From the NCBI GenBank assembly GCA_029259155.1, contig JAPDJI010000017.1, positions 64,001 through 128,000 on the forward strand: a DNA stretch of 64,000 bases. The letters are read 5' to 3'. Each line of letters begins with the position of its first letter. The first letter of the stretch is position 1. The DNA comes from Candidatus Methanomethylicia archaeon (GTDB taxonomy: Archaea; Thermoproteota; Methanomethylicia; Nezhaarchaeales; B40-G2). The position numbers were made by a program, and so were the translations under genes. Under the pieces are notes generated by a model. That model searched no databases. It saw only the letters and a program-made list of their open reading frames with translations, and had not been told where the DNA came from. This document shows, piece by piece, positions 38,671 through 48,730 of this stretch.

Positions 38671-39393
38671 GTGGATATGCGACTACCCTCTATCCTCGTC
38701 GGCACCAGCCCTTTCATAGGTGCTGGGCAATTCGGTTCTAGGGCCTCCCTTTACTATGAGAAGTTCTATGGCAAACCGTGGAACGTCAAGGAGGTCCTTG
38801 AGGAAGCTTATCTTCAGGGGGTCGAAGCCGTTCAGGCCTTACCCTTTAAGCATATTTATGAGGCTATATCATTGCTAATGCGGCAAGGACTTAAACTAAA
38901 AGTATGGGGTTCACTTTCTCCTTCAAACCCTGAGAAGGGCTTTGACCTCTTCACGAAGCTTGAAGCCGAGGGTATAGCCATCCACGGTGAAACCAGCGAT
39001 TCACTTAACGTGGAGGCGATCAGGGATTTAATTGATAGGATTAAGGAAGCGGGATGCTATGCTGGCATGGCTGTTCATAGTCCAGGAATCGTCCTACCCT
39101 GGTTACTAGAAGAGGACTTAGAGGTGGATTTTCTCATAGTACCCTTCAACAAACTAGGCTTCTTCATGGACATAAACCCCGGGTCCCTCCTCAACCTGTT
39201 AAGGAAGGTGGGGAAGCCCGCGATGGCTATGAAGACGCTCGCAGCAGGAACATTAAGTCCTAGGGAGGCTCTGGAGTTTGTTTTAAGTCATCCCGAGTTT
39301 TCCTCTGTTGCTATTGGGGTTGCTTCAAGAGAGGAGGCGGCTGAGACCTTTAAGGTTGCTTTAGAGTTGTTAGGGACTAAGGACCTACGGTAG
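38671..39393 (+). CDS. Aldo/keto reductase-like TIM-barrel protein
   Basis: LVGTSPF.G, VPFNKLG.FM, AMKTLAAG.L.P.EAL, AIGVAS.EEA. Confidence 0.65.
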   Translation: MDMRLPSILVGTSPFIGAGQFGSRASLYYEKFYGKPWNVKEVLEEAYLQGVEAVQALPFKHIYEAISLLMRQGLKLKVWGSLSPSNPEKGFDLFTKLEAEGIAIHGETSDSLNVEAIRDLIDRIKEAGCYAGMAVHSPGIVLPWLLEEDLEVDFLIVPFNKLGFFMDINPGSLLNLLRKVGKPAMAMKTLAAGTLSPREALEFVLSHPEFSSVAIGVASREEAAETFKVALELLGTKDLR

Positions 39394-39441
39394 CCAAAGC
39401 TTTAACGAACCCTCCCACATATACCTCGGGGGAGGGAAGGC

Positions 39442-41238
39442 TTGCTTTATTCAGTGCTGGTTGATGCTTATGAGAGCTTAGAGAGGACCACCAAGAGACT
39501 GGAGATGACCGATATATTGGTAGGTCTTTTCAGAAAGGTTCCTACCGACCTCGTCGATAAAGTGGTGTATCTCACCCAGGGCAAGCTTTACCCTGACTTC
39601 GTCGGTATAGAGCTAGGGATGGCTGAGAAGCTTGTTATGCGCAGTATAGCTGAAGCAGCTGGAGTGCAGATTAAGGTGGTTGAGGATGAGCTTAAGAGGA
39701 TGGGTGATATTGGTAAGGCGGCTGAAAACATCTTAAGCAAGCCTAAAGCAGTGTCGCTTCTCGCCTTTATGGGAGGTGAACATAAGCCTGAGCCCTTGAC
39801 CGTTAACAAGGTCTATGATACCCTTGAGAGGATAGCTAGGGCTTCGGGAGAAGGGGCTCAAGAGACCAAGATAACCTTACTTTCTGCTCTTCTCAAAGAC
39901 TCCACTCCTAGAGAAGCTAGGTACATCTTAAGGACCGTGACTGGAAAACTTAGGTTAGGAATAGCGGATATGACCATTCTTGACGCTTTAGCTATTTCTT
40001 TCTGCGGGGGTAAGGAAGCTCGCCCTCTGATAGAGAGGGCCTATAACCTCTCGAGCGACTTAGGCTTCGTAGCCAAGACTGCAGCTATGGAAGGTTTAGA
40101 GGGGATTAAAAAGTTCAAGATAACTGTCGGTAAGCCCATAAGACCCATGTTAGCTGAACGCTTACCAACACCAGAAGAGGTTCTATCTAAACTAGGGGGT
40201 AAGTGTATAGCTGAGTATAAGTATGATGGTGAACGTATACAAGCGCATAAACAGGGGGACAGGGTCCTCCTCTTTTCAAGGAGACTAGAGAACATAACAC
40301 ACCACTATCCGGATGCCTGCGAATTGTTGAGAAATTACATAAAGGCAGAGGAGGTCATTGTGGAGTGCGAGTGTGTAGCCATAGATCCAGATACAGGCGA
40401 GCTTAGACCCTTCCAAGAACTCATGCATCGCAGGAGAAAGTACGGCATAGAAGATGCCATGAAGATGTTTCCTGTCTCCCTCTTCATGTTTGACATTCTA
40501 TATGTTGATGGAATAGACCTAACCCTTAAACCGTATCCTGAAAGACGTGAACACTTATTGAAGGTGGTTCAGGAGGCTGATCGGATAAGAATAGCGGAGT
40601 TTAGGCTTATCGAGAGTCCTGAAGAGCTTGAAAAATTCTTTGAAGAAGCTGTGGCAGACGGCTGTGAAGGAGTTGTGTGTAAATCGTTATCGCCTAACTC
40701 TATTTATCAGGCTGGTGCTAGGGGATGGCTCTGGATCAAGCTTAAGAGGTCATACCAGGCCAAGATGAGGGATACAGTGGACCTCGTACCCATAGGAGCT
40801 TTCTACGGGAGAGGTAAAAGGGCTGGTACTTATGGTGCCCTACTGCTGGCGGCTTATGACCCCGACACCGACACCTTTAAGACTGTGTCTAAGTGCGGCT
40901 CAGGCTTCAGCGACGAGGAATTAGCTAGGCTACCTGAACTGCTCAAACCGTACATTATACCTCATCAACATCCTAGAGTGGATTCCAGAGCTAAGCCTGA
41001 CGTCTGGTTTGTTCCTGCACTTGTAGCGGAGATACTGGGAGACGAAATAACACTTTCACCCATGGCTACAGCGGCCATGGGGGTAGTGAGGGAGGGGGCT
41101 GGCCTCTCTATAAGGTTTCCAAGGTTCATTAGGTGGAGGCCTGATAAGGGACCTGAAGACGCCACGACTGTTAACGAGCTTCTGGAAATGTATCGTTCGC
41201 AGCTCAAGAAGATAGAAGCTGAAGAACAGAAGCCTTAA
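39442..41238 (+). CDS. lig: ATP-dependent DNA ligase
   Basis: EYKYDGERIQAH motif I, EGVVCK, WIKLK, SIRFPRF. Confidence 0.97.
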   Translation: MLYSVLVDAYESLERTTKRLEMTDILVGLFRKVPTDLVDKVVYLTQGKLYPDFVGIELGMAEKLVMRSIAEAAGVQIKVVEDELKRMGDIGKAAENILSKPKAVSLLAFMGGEHKPEPLTVNKVYDTLERIARASGEGAQETKITLLSALLKDSTPREARYILRTVTGKLRLGIADMTILDALAISFCGGKEARPLIERAYNLSSDLGFVAKTAAMEGLEGIKKFKITVGKPIRPMLAERLPTPEEVLSKLGGKCIAEYKYDGERIQAHKQGDRVLLFSRRLENITHHYPDACELLRNYIKAEEVIVECECVAIDPDTGELRPFQELMHRRRKYGIEDAMKMFPVSLFMFDILYVDGIDLTLKPYPERREHLLKVVQEADRIRIAEFRLIESPEELEKFFEEAVADGCEGVVCKSLSPNSIYQAGARGWLWIKLKRSYQAKMRDTVDLVPIGAFYGRGKRAGTYGALLLAAYDPDTDTFKTVSKCGSGFSDEELARLPELLKPYIIPHQHPRVDSRAKPDVWFVPALVAEILGDEITLSPMATAAMGVVREGAGLSIRFPRFIRWRPDKGPEDATTVNELLEMYRSQLKKIEAEEQKP

Positions 41239-41281
41239 ATCCCTTTAAGGGCTACCTCGCTTAGCCTAATAGGGGTTAAGT

Positions 41282-42325
41282 TTGAGGCTGATCAAGGAGG
41301 TTGGGAAAGCTAGAATACTTAACCCTTTGAAGGGCTTCGAGCTTGAAGAACAAGAGCTTGAGCGTAGATTCGATCCTTTGACAGGCTTTTCCACGATAGT
41401 GGCTAAGGGAAGGTTTCAGTATGTAAAGCGCTTCTTTGAACATGATGAGCAGCTACTGAGGAAGCTAGCCGAAGCTTCACAGCCAACCTGTCCGTTCTGT
41501 CCAGGTAAAGTAGAGGAGACCACTCCTAAGTTCCCGCCTGAGATGGTGGTTGAAGGGAGAATTAAAGTAGGTAGATGCTATGCGTTTCCAAGCCTACATG
41601 CTCATTCTGATCTTAACGCAGTGGTGGTGTTAGGGCCAAAGCATTACCTGAGCCTTAAGGAAATGGACGGAAACTTGCTTTATGAAGGTTTTAAGGCTGG
41701 ACTTGAAGTTCTAAGAAGTGTTCATAGTGCTAACCCTTCCCTATCCTTCGCATCGTTAATAATGAACTACCTTCCTACGGCTGGTTCAAGCATTATCCAT
41801 CCACACATGCAAGTTCTCGCTTCAAGCCTTCCCTTCAATTATCTTCGCTTACTCTTGGCCAAAAGCTTTGAGCATTACTTGAACACTGCCTCAAATTACT
41901 GGAAGAAGCTAATCGAGTACGAGGAAATGATGGGTGAAAGGTTTATTGGGATGCATGGTAACGTGGCTTGGCTTACACCCTTCGCTCCTTCGAGACACTT
42001 CGAGGTGTGGGGAATAGTACAGGATAACTCGGACCTGCTTTCATTAAGCGATATGGATTTACGTAGGATAGCGGAGGGCTTAGCTAAGGTCCTTTCCTTC
42101 TACCACAATAAGGGTCTATTCAGCTTCAACTTTGCTCTATATGCATCTCCTCTAGGAAGGCCGCTGGAATACTTTAATGTGATAATAAGAGTATGTGCTA
42201 GGCTAGGGTTAAAGGAACCCTTCCTCAACGACTTCTGGGCCATGCCAGCGCTGTTGATGGAGAATGAAATCGTAGAGCTGCCTGAGGAATATGCTCTAGC
42301 CATTAAGCAGTGCTTTAAAGAATAA
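41282..42325 (+). CDS. GalT-like HIT-family nucleotidyltransferase
   Basis: RFDPLTG, CPFCPG, GSSIIHPHMQ. Confidence 0.85.
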   Translation: MRLIKEVGKARILNPLKGFELEEQELERRFDPLTGFSTIVAKGRFQYVKRFFEHDEQLLRKLAEASQPTCPFCPGKVEETTPKFPPEMVVEGRIKVGRCYAFPSLHAHSDLNAVVVLGPKHYLSLKEMDGNLLYEGFKAGLEVLRSVHSANPSLSFASLIMNYLPTAGSSIIHPHMQVLASSLPFNYLRLLLAKSFEHYLNTASNYWKKLIEYEEMMGERFIGMHGNVAWLTPFAPSRHFEVWGIVQDNSDLLSLSDMDLRRIAEGLAKVLSFYHNKGLFSFNFALYASPLGRPLEYFNVIIRVCARLGLKEPFLNDFWAMPALLMENEIVELPEEYALAIKQCFKE

Positions 42326-42578
42326 TTGAAGCCTCCATGCCAGCCACGCCTCCTGGAAGCGGTTTTCTAAACCTAGCCACGATGGTGCCTCCATCACCGT
42401 GAAGCGATACCACTCTACCTACGAAGGCTTTGTTCCCTCTCCACTTTAGCTCCACTTTAGCTCCTACAAGTCTAGCTGCTCCCTCCTTGCAGCCTACTCC
42501 CTCGACCTTTATTAAGGCTTCACGTTGATACTGCCTGTTCAACCCTCTTCTTACCCCTAAAACCCTTCCCTGCAACAT
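42315..42578 (-). CDS. rpl35ae: 50S ribosomal protein L35Ae
   Basis: RRGLNRQ...ALIKVEGV..GRV..HG..G...ARF..PLP. Confidence 0.9.
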   Translation of the reverse strand: MLQGRVLGVRRGLNRQYQREALIKVEGVGCKEGAARLVGAKVELKWRGNKAFVGRVVSLHGDGGTIVARFRKPLPGGVAGMEASIIL

Positions 42579-42652
42579 GGCTTCCCTTCAGGGTTAAGCC
42601 TAGCGACATTAAAAAGCTAGCGGACGTAGAGAAGTGAGGGTTTTCTTAAACG

Positions 42653-43339
42653 GTGATAGATTTGAAGGTGATAGCAGCCGACTCAGCTTCAGCCTTGCTG
42701 GATTACTCTTATAGACCCACCGAGATCTTGGCGATTGCCGCTATAGTAGCTGAACCCCCATACCTTGAACCAGTATACTGCGAAGCCTACCCTCTTTTTA
42801 GACCTGTAGGTGATAGGAGCGTGCTCCTAGAGGAGTTTAAGCTATGTCTCAAGCTCCTAGACACTCATAGACCTGACGAGCTTCACCTCGATATAACAGC
42901 GGGCTCCATAGACCTATCCACCACGAATGTTGAGGAAGCCTTGACCTTTCTATCTTCTAAGGCAAGGAAAGCCCTCGGCGAGGTCCTACCTAGCTTAGTA
43001 GAGGAGCTTAGAAGGTCGGGGGTAAAAGTGTCCTGCCTATTAATAGGCAAAGAAAGCTTACCTGTTAGGTTAGCGGAGCTTACAGCAGGGGTTTATGGAG
43101 TGTACTACGCTTCTCTTAAGGCTTTACAGGAGAACGCGGAGGTGAGAGTAGGTTTACCTAAGGCCTCTACCCTTAAGGTTGAAGGGGCCTCTATGTGGCT
43201 TGAGAGCCTCCTACCTGGAGAGGAGAGGGTTAAGGGCTGCGCCGTATCTAACATAGATCTACAAGGGCTTAGTCTCATAGAACACCCAAATCCAGTAGCT
43301 GCAGGTTTCAGGGTTGTGGCGATACGCCCTAGGAGGTGA
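42653..43339 (+). CDS. DUF4152-like protein (possible RNase H fold)
   Basis: IAADSASALLD..P, EPPY, DELHLD, IGKESLPVRLAEL, VGLP. Confidence 0.65.
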   Translation: MIDLKVIAADSASALLDYSYRPTEILAIAAIVAEPPYLEPVYCEAYPLFRPVGDRSVLLEEFKLCLKLLDTHRPDELHLDITAGSIDLSTTNVEEALTFLSSKARKALGEVLPSLVEELRRSGVKVSCLLIGKESLPVRLAELTAGVYGVYYASLKALQENAEVRVGLPKASTLKVEGASMWLESLLPGEERVKGCAVSNIDLQGLSLIEHPNPVAAGFRVVAIRPRR

Positions 43340-44095
43340 GTGAAGGTGAACGTACTTTTCCTCGGTCCAGCTGGTTGTGGAAAAAGCTTATTGACTCATA
43401 GATTTGGCGAATGGCTTTCAGAAAGTTTGGGCTTTGAGGTAGGATATGTCAACCTAGATCCAGGGTGTGAAACCACCCCTTTTAATCCCGACTTTGATAT
43501 CAGGGAGCTTTTCACCGTGCAGGGGATCATGAAGCTCGAAGGCTTAGGCCCTAATGGAGCCATGGTAAGAGCGTCGAAGCTCATGGAGGAAAGGTGTGAT
43601 GAAATCGTGGAGAAGGTTTCTTCTATAGGCAAGGAGCTTACGTTAATTGACACACCTGGACAGATGGAAATCTTCGTTTTTAGGCCTACAGGACCTAACA
43701 TTGTTAAAAGGCTTAAGGCCATTAGGCATACCGTGTCTGTCTTTATAGTTGATCCTACCTTAGCTAGCTCACCTTCAGAGCTCGTGGTGTCCATGATGCT
43801 AGGGATAGCTTCTCAACTACGCTTAGAAACCCCCACGGTGATGGTGGCGAATAAAGCTGACGTGGAGGCTAAGATTGAAATCGAGAAGTTGTTAGACAAC
43901 TACGCTAAGCTACGTAAGATGGTAAAGACCAGTGAAGGCGCCTTTACCGACCTTGCTTTAAGCTGTGTCTCAATCATTAGGAGGCTTGCTCAGGCCTCAA
44001 GGGTAGTTAAAGTTTCAGCTAAGACAGGTTTAGGGATGGATGCCTTATACGATTTAATACATGAATCTCGCTCCACATGTGGGGATCTAACATAG
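43340..44095 (+). CDS. GPN-loop GTPase
   Basis: GPAGCGKS, VNLDPG, LGPNGA, DTPGQMEIF, NKAD, VSAKTG. Confidence 0.92.
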   Translation: MKVNVLFLGPAGCGKSLLTHRFGEWLSESLGFEVGYVNLDPGCETTPFNPDFDIRELFTVQGIMKLEGLGPNGAMVRASKLMEERCDEIVEKVSSIGKELTLIDTPGQMEIFVFRPTGPNIVKRLKAIRHTVSVFIVDPTLASSPSELVVSMMLGIASQLRLETPTVMVANKADVEAKIEIEKLLDNYAKLRKMVKTSEGAFTDLALSCVSIIRRLAQASRVVKVSAKTGLGMDALYDLIHESRSTCGDLT

Positions 44096-44127
44096 GGGTC
44101 TTTGAAGTTTTCTTAGGGGTGGAAGGG

Positions 44128-44691
44128 GTGCCGCGTGATCTTATGGAACGGATTAAGCTTCTCCTAGACCCTCCTCAACCCATAGTTCCCAAGATAAAAG
44201 AGCCTTGGGCAGCAGTTACAATTATCTTGACCGATGCTGAAGGCCTGTTTAAGGTCTTAATGATTAAGAGGAGGGCTAGGCAGGGGGATCCATGGTCTGG
44301 CCATGTCGCCTTCCCAGGTGGATTTTACTTAAGTAGTGATGTAGATACTTTAACAACAGCTCTTCGAGAAGTCGCCGAGGAGGTGGGAATTAACATAGAG
44401 CCTGAGAGTGTTGTGGGGATGTTAAATGTCGCTTCCCCGGTTAATAGACCCGAGGTTAAAGTAGCTCCTTATGTGGCTTACTTGGAGAAAGAGCCGTTAA
44501 CAAAGCCCGGTATCGAGGTGGAGGAGGTTTTTTGGGCTCCACTAAAAGGTCTGAGGCGCGAGAAAGTGAAGGTAGATTCAGTATATGGTGTTTTAGAGGT
44601 CGAAGCTTTTAAGCATGGAAGCCACATAATATGGGGGCTCACGGCAAGGTTACTCAACGAGCTCTTGAACAAGCTAGCCCCCTTACTTTGA
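44128..44691 (+). CDS. Nudix hydrolase, CoA-pyrophosphatase-like
   Basis: DPWSGHVAFPGG, TALREVAEEVG Nudix box, IWGLTA; start uncertain (track gives 44077). Confidence 0.88.
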   Translation: MPRDLMERIKLLLDPPQPIVPKIKEPWAAVTIILTDAEGLFKVLMIKRRARQGDPWSGHVAFPGGFYLSSDVDTLTTALREVAEEVGINIEPESVVGMLNVASPVNRPEVKVAPYVAYLEKEPLTKPGIEVEEVFWAPLKGLRREKVKVDSVYGVLEVEAFKHGSHIIWGLTARLLNELLNKLAPLL

Positions 44692-44880
44692 TCTCCCATA
44701 ATCTTCGCTAACCCCCGTTCTCATCCCTGTCCACTACATTCGTGGCTTCCCTGGATATATCAACAACCGGTTTTCCTAAAGTCGCGAAGGTCCTAGGGAC
44801 TTAAATAGGAGAGGCCTAATATGCCTGTTGAACACAAGCGCTTAATATCTACGCAAGCTGATAGGTAAGGGGCTCTCAAC

Positions 44881-45624
44881 ATGAAGCCGCTGCTTGAGAT
44901 TGAAGGCTTAAGTGTAGAGGTTGAAGGTAGGCAGGTAATTAGGGATCTAAGCCTTGTTGTGCCTGAAGGGGAGACCTATGTTATCTTTGGCCCTAACGGC
45001 TCGGGTAAAACATCCTTACTCATGAGCATCATGGGGGTTCCTCCTTATAAAGTGGTTAAGGGTAAGATCCTCTTTGAAGGTAAAGACTTATCGGATTTTC
45101 CTACCGATGAGCGCGCGAGAATGGGGATAGCATTAGCTTTTCAGTACCCTCCAGAGGTTAGAGGGGTCAAACTAAAAGATCTGTTAAAGATCTGTGTAGG
45201 CAAGAAACCTGAAGAGGAGCTTAGCGAGGATGTCCTAAAGCTAGCTGAAAGGCTTAGGTTGCTTGATCTGCTTGATCGCGAAGTACACGTAGGCTTTTCT
45301 GGAGGCGAGCGTAAGAGGGCGGAGGTATTGATGGTGTTATCCATGAAGCCCAAGCTCCTCTTATTGGACGAACCGGACTCAGGCGTGGACGTGGAGAGCC
45401 TTAGATTGATAGGCAAGGAGATTCAAAGCTACCTCAAGTCGACGGGCTCTTCCTCCATCATAGTTACGCATCAAGGACAGGTCTTAGAGCATATTCAGGC
45501 ACAGAAGGCATGCGTTATCTTCGGTGGCATCGTGTATTGCTATAGGGAGCCTAAAAGAATCTTCGAAACTATAAGCGAGGTAGGCTATAAGGCCTGCATC
45601 GAGTGCATGGGGAGAAACCTATAA
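44881..45624 (+). CDS. sufC: SufC-like Fe-S assembly ATPase (SmsC-type)
   Basis: GPNGSGKT, LAFQYPP, GFSGGERKR, DEPDSGVD, C-terminal CIEC. Confidence 0.9.
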   Translation: MKPLLEIEGLSVEVEGRQVIRDLSLVVPEGETYVIFGPNGSGKTSLLMSIMGVPPYKVVKGKILFEGKDLSDFPTDERARMGIALAFQYPPEVRGVKLKDLLKICVGKKPEEELSEDVLKLAERLRLLDLLDREVHVGFSGGERKRAEVLMVLSMKPKLLLLDEPDSGVDVESLRLIGKEIQSYLKSTGSSSIIVTHQGQVLEHIQAQKACVIFGGIVYCYREPKRIFETISEVGYKACIECMGRNL

Positions 45625-45642
45625 TCGAGGAGGTTTAAAGTC

Positions 45643-46764
45643 TTGTCTAAGAACCCTCTCTATGATATTCCTCATCAGATCCTCCAAGCCGCTTTCAAGG
45701 TAGGAGTAGAGTCTGATGAGTCTAAGAGGAGCGCTACCTATTTTCAAATAGATCATTCCAAGATTTTGGCCGCGGTTAACGAGTATTACAAGGGTAAGGT
45801 TGAGGTACTGAGCATGATAGATGCCTTAAAGAAACATGATTGGCTCAAAGGATACTTATGGAGACTAATACCTCCAGATAAGGATGAGTATACCCGTAGA
45901 GTGGAGGAGGCGTTTGGAGGAGGCTATTTCATAAGGATCATGCCTGGAGCAAGGGTAGATCTCCCTTTACAGACTTGCTTAATGATAGCTAAAGAGGGAT
46001 TTGAGCAGGCCATACATAACATAATAATTGCCGAGGAGAACTCGGATGCCCATATAATAACTGGTTGCACTCTTCATCCTCACATCCACTCAGGTTTGCA
46101 TATAGGAGTTTCGGAGTTCTTCATTAAGAAGGGGGCGAAGCTGAGCTTTACTATGATACATAGCTGGAATGTAGGTACTGTAGTTAAACCTAGAAGCGCT
46201 ATACTGATTGAGGAGAGAGGCGTTTTCATTTCCAACTACATTTGCCTGAACCCCGTAAAGGAGGTACAGGCGTATCCTGTAGCTTACATAACTGGGAGGC
46301 ATGGGATAGCTGTTTTTAACAACGTTCTCTACGCTACTAAGTCCTCGTTGATGGATATAGGATCCAAAGTAGAACTCAATGCACCAGAGGCTAGAGGTGA
46401 ATCTGTATCGAGAGTAGTAGCAGCAGGGGGTTCAAGGATAGTGTCAAGGGGGATGATGAAAGCAGATTCCTCGCCGGTTAAAGCACATCTTGAATGTAGG
46501 GGGCTCATACTTGACGATAGCTCAGTGATCCATGCAATCCCCGAGCTCGTAGGTATGAAGAGGGATGTAGACTTATCTCATGAGGCGGCTGTGGGCAAGA
46601 TAGCTGACCATGAAATAGCTTACTTGATGACTAGAGGATTATCGAGGGAAGAGGCGATCTCTACTATTGTGAGAGGCTTCCTTAACGTGGAACTTCTAGG
46701 ACTGCCTCAAGAATTAACGACAGAAATAAACGCGCTCATAGCTATGTTAGCCAAAGGGATGTAA
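45643..46764 (+). CDS. sufB: SufB/SufD-family scaffold (SmsB-type)
   Basis: PLQTCL, ITGC, HLECRGL, PEL..LSHEAAVGKI, YLMTRGL. Confidence 0.9.
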   Translation: MSKNPLYDIPHQILQAAFKVGVESDESKRSATYFQIDHSKILAAVNEYYKGKVEVLSMIDALKKHDWLKGYLWRLIPPDKDEYTRRVEEAFGGGYFIRIMPGARVDLPLQTCLMIAKEGFEQAIHNIIIAEENSDAHIITGCTLHPHIHSGLHIGVSEFFIKKGAKLSFTMIHSWNVGTVVKPRSAILIEERGVFISNYICLNPVKEVQAYPVAYITGRHGIAVFNNVLYATKSSLMDIGSKVELNAPEARGESVSRVVAAGGSRIVSRGMMKADSSPVKAHLECRGLILDDSSVIHAIPELVGMKRDVDLSHEAAVGKIADHEIAYLMTRGLSREEAISTIVRGFLNVELLGLPQELTTEINALIAMLAKGM

Positions 46765-46793
46765 AACATCGCTTCAAACTTACTTTACATGAG

Positions 46794-47135
46794 CTACTCA
46801 AAGCTGACGTATGGAGGCTTAAGAATGTAAGATGAACTTAGCCTTGCTCCTTTAACTACGAATTTTCCCTCAAAGTCGATGGTTAGAACGTCTCCTACTC
46901 TCTCCAACAACTCAGGGTTCAAGTATATCTCAAGGCTCTCGGCTTTCAACTTGAAATCACTATCCTCTCCACGCTCCTCAGTCACTTCTATTAGTGGGAC
47001 GATAGCGCAGACATCCCCCATACAGCAAGTGGTCCATTCATAAACCTCTTCCCTTACACGTAGTCTTAATGCTTCGATTTTCTTCTCCTTTATCTTTGCC
47101 ACAGCCTCCTCTGTCAAATCGACTTTAAGGTTCAT
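46794..47135 (-). CDS. HesB/IscA-like fold protein with a CC motif
   Basis: LTEEAVAKIK..TTCCMG..P...IYL pattern. Confidence 0.55.
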   Translation of the reverse strand: MNLKVDLTEEAVAKIKEKKIEALRLRVREEVYEWTTCCMGDVCAIVPLIEVTEERGEDSDFKLKAESLEIYLNPELLERVGDVLTIDFEGKFVVKGARLSSSYILKPPYVSFE

Positions 47136-47497
47136 GTGAACTCCTCCTTCTCGAGAATCTGAAGGACCTTCTGGTAATAATCTTCGAGCTTAGCTTTGAT
47201 GATGTTTTTTATCTTGTCCGGAGGAGCTGCCTCATAGATGTAATAGTACCCTCCTCTATCGATAATGCCCTCCTTCCTCAAAGCTAGCCCTCTATTGACT
47301 AGGTTCTTGACCGCTCTTTGAATGGTGGGCCTGCTCTTACCTATTACGTTAGCTAGCTCCCTAACGGTCATGCGCCCGCCTCGAAGGAGGGTTAAGTAAA
47401 CTTGCAGCTCTACGTCTTGTAGGCCTAAAGTACACTTAGCTAATTCCTTTAGATTGGTTACTGAGGGTAACTTCTCATAGAGCTCTTCTGCGGACAA
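47132..47497 (-). CDS. TrmB-like winged-helix transcriptional regulator
   Basis: KCTLGL..ELQVY..TVRELA..SRPTIQRAVKNL..GL...GGYYYIY. Confidence 0.85.
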   Translation of the reverse strand: MSAEELYEKLPSVTNLKELAKCTLGLQDVELQVYLTLLRGGRMTVRELANVIGKSRPTIQRAVKNLVNRGLALRKEGIIDRGGYYYIYEAAPPDKIKNIIKAKLEDYYQKVLQILEKEEFT

Positions 47498-47566
47498 GGT
47501 CTCTTGAAATTTTTAAGTCAACGAATATATAAGATTTTATCTCGTTTGTTCAACAATCGTAATCAA

Positions 47567-48442
47567 CTATTCCTTAACAGCTACTACGCTCATGAGCTCC
47601 TTTGAGACTTTAACCGTGAATCCAACCATTTTAAGCCTTCTAGATACTCCTTGAACAATATCCATGCCTCTAGTCCTTGACCCTGGTAGCCCTGTGTAGT
47701 GGTTAAGAGCTCCTCCTTTCTTGAGGACGCGGTATAACTCTCGATAAAAATCTACGCTATAAAGCCCTGTGGCCTGAGAAATTGTTGGCGGATCATGGAT
47801 GATGGCGTCGAACGCTTCATCTTCGAACTCCACTACGGCTTTAGCGGCGTCTCCAAGCATCGTCCTTATCTGCTGATTTTCTAATCCCTTTGACCAAGGA
47901 TTAGCCTCAGCCATCCTAAGTACGTTAACGTCCTTCTCTATGGTCCAAACCTCTGAGGCTCCTTTTCTTAAAGATATTATAGCTGTGTAACCTAGCCCTG
48001 TACAGATATCGAGGATTTTCATACCTTTCTTTATACTGGTTACCTCCACCTTCATGTAAGCATCGTCCCAAGGCGTGACTCCCTCAACTCTGTGCATGTT
48101 TACACCGTTTACCTCTAAAGTGGGCGCTTTATCCTCAGCTACCTTCTTAAGCTTGTATAGCTTGCCTTCAGTGTAAAGCACTGCTTTACGAAGCCTTCCT
48201 GGAGGCTCTAAGATATAAATGGCGTCTTCGTCCTTTAACGCCCATTTCAATTCCTCGTAGCTTACGGTATGATCCTCTATAACCACACCATCGTCGAGGA
48301 GCTCCACTAAAGCCTTAGAAAGCCCTAGGTTAAAGGTCAGCGACAGGCTTCGACCTCCTTCCTCCTTAGCTTTTAGCAAGGATTTAGCAGCCTCGCTGGT
48401 AAGGATGGGCATGTTAAGGCTTCTGAACTCGTAGAGCTTCAT
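47567..48442 (-). CDS. Archaeal class I SAM-dependent methyltransferase (COG2521-like)
   Basis: PTLEVNGVNMH, LDICTGLGYTA, IEKD, NPWS, IIHDPP. Confidence 0.85.
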   Translation of the reverse strand: MKLYEFRSLNMPILTSEAAKSLLKAKEEGGRSLSLTFNLGLSKALVELLDDGVVIEDHTVSYEELKWALKDEDAIYILEPPGRLRKAVLYTEGKLYKLKKVAEDKAPTLEVNGVNMHRVEGVTPWDDAYMKVEVTSIKKGMKILDICTGLGYTAIISLRKGASEVWTIEKDVNVLRMAEANPWSKGLENQQIRTMLGDAAKAVVEFEDEAFDAIIHDPPTISQATGLYSVDFYRELYRVLKKGGALNHYTGLPGSRTRGMDIVQGVSRRLKMVGFTVKVSKELMSVVAVKE

Positions 48443-48529
48443 GTAGTGTCCTCCAGGCTCTACGTACGCCTAGAGGCAGCGTAGAGCTAAAACATTTCGC
48501 TAGTAGATCTACAAAAAATCATATGGAGA

Positions 48530-48730
48530 TTAACCGTATACTTTGAGGCTCCGTAACTCCTTGTTCCGCTGCTCCCAAAGCTCCTTCTTTAGGAGGTCTC
48601 TGACCGCCACCCTTATTGCCTCACTTCGGTTTGGATAGAACCTCTGATTAACAAGCTCATCTAAGCCTTGGATGTAAGCGTCAGGTAAGTGGACGGTTAG
48701 TATCCTGAGCTCATTCTTCACTCCTTTCAT
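48530..48730 (-). CDS. Ribbon-helix-helix (CopG/Arc) DNA-binding protein
   Basis: ILTVHLP..YI..LDELV...YPNRSEAIRVAVRDLL. Confidence 0.9.
   Translation of the reverse strand: MKGVKNELRILTVHLPDAYIQGLDELVNQRFYPNRSEAIRVAVRDLLKKELWEQRNKELRSLKVYG

Noticed and set aside
44700-44790. Possible box C/D sRNA on the minus strand (GGATGA..GCGA)
   Set aside because: Boxes are too degenerate and there is no terminal stem.
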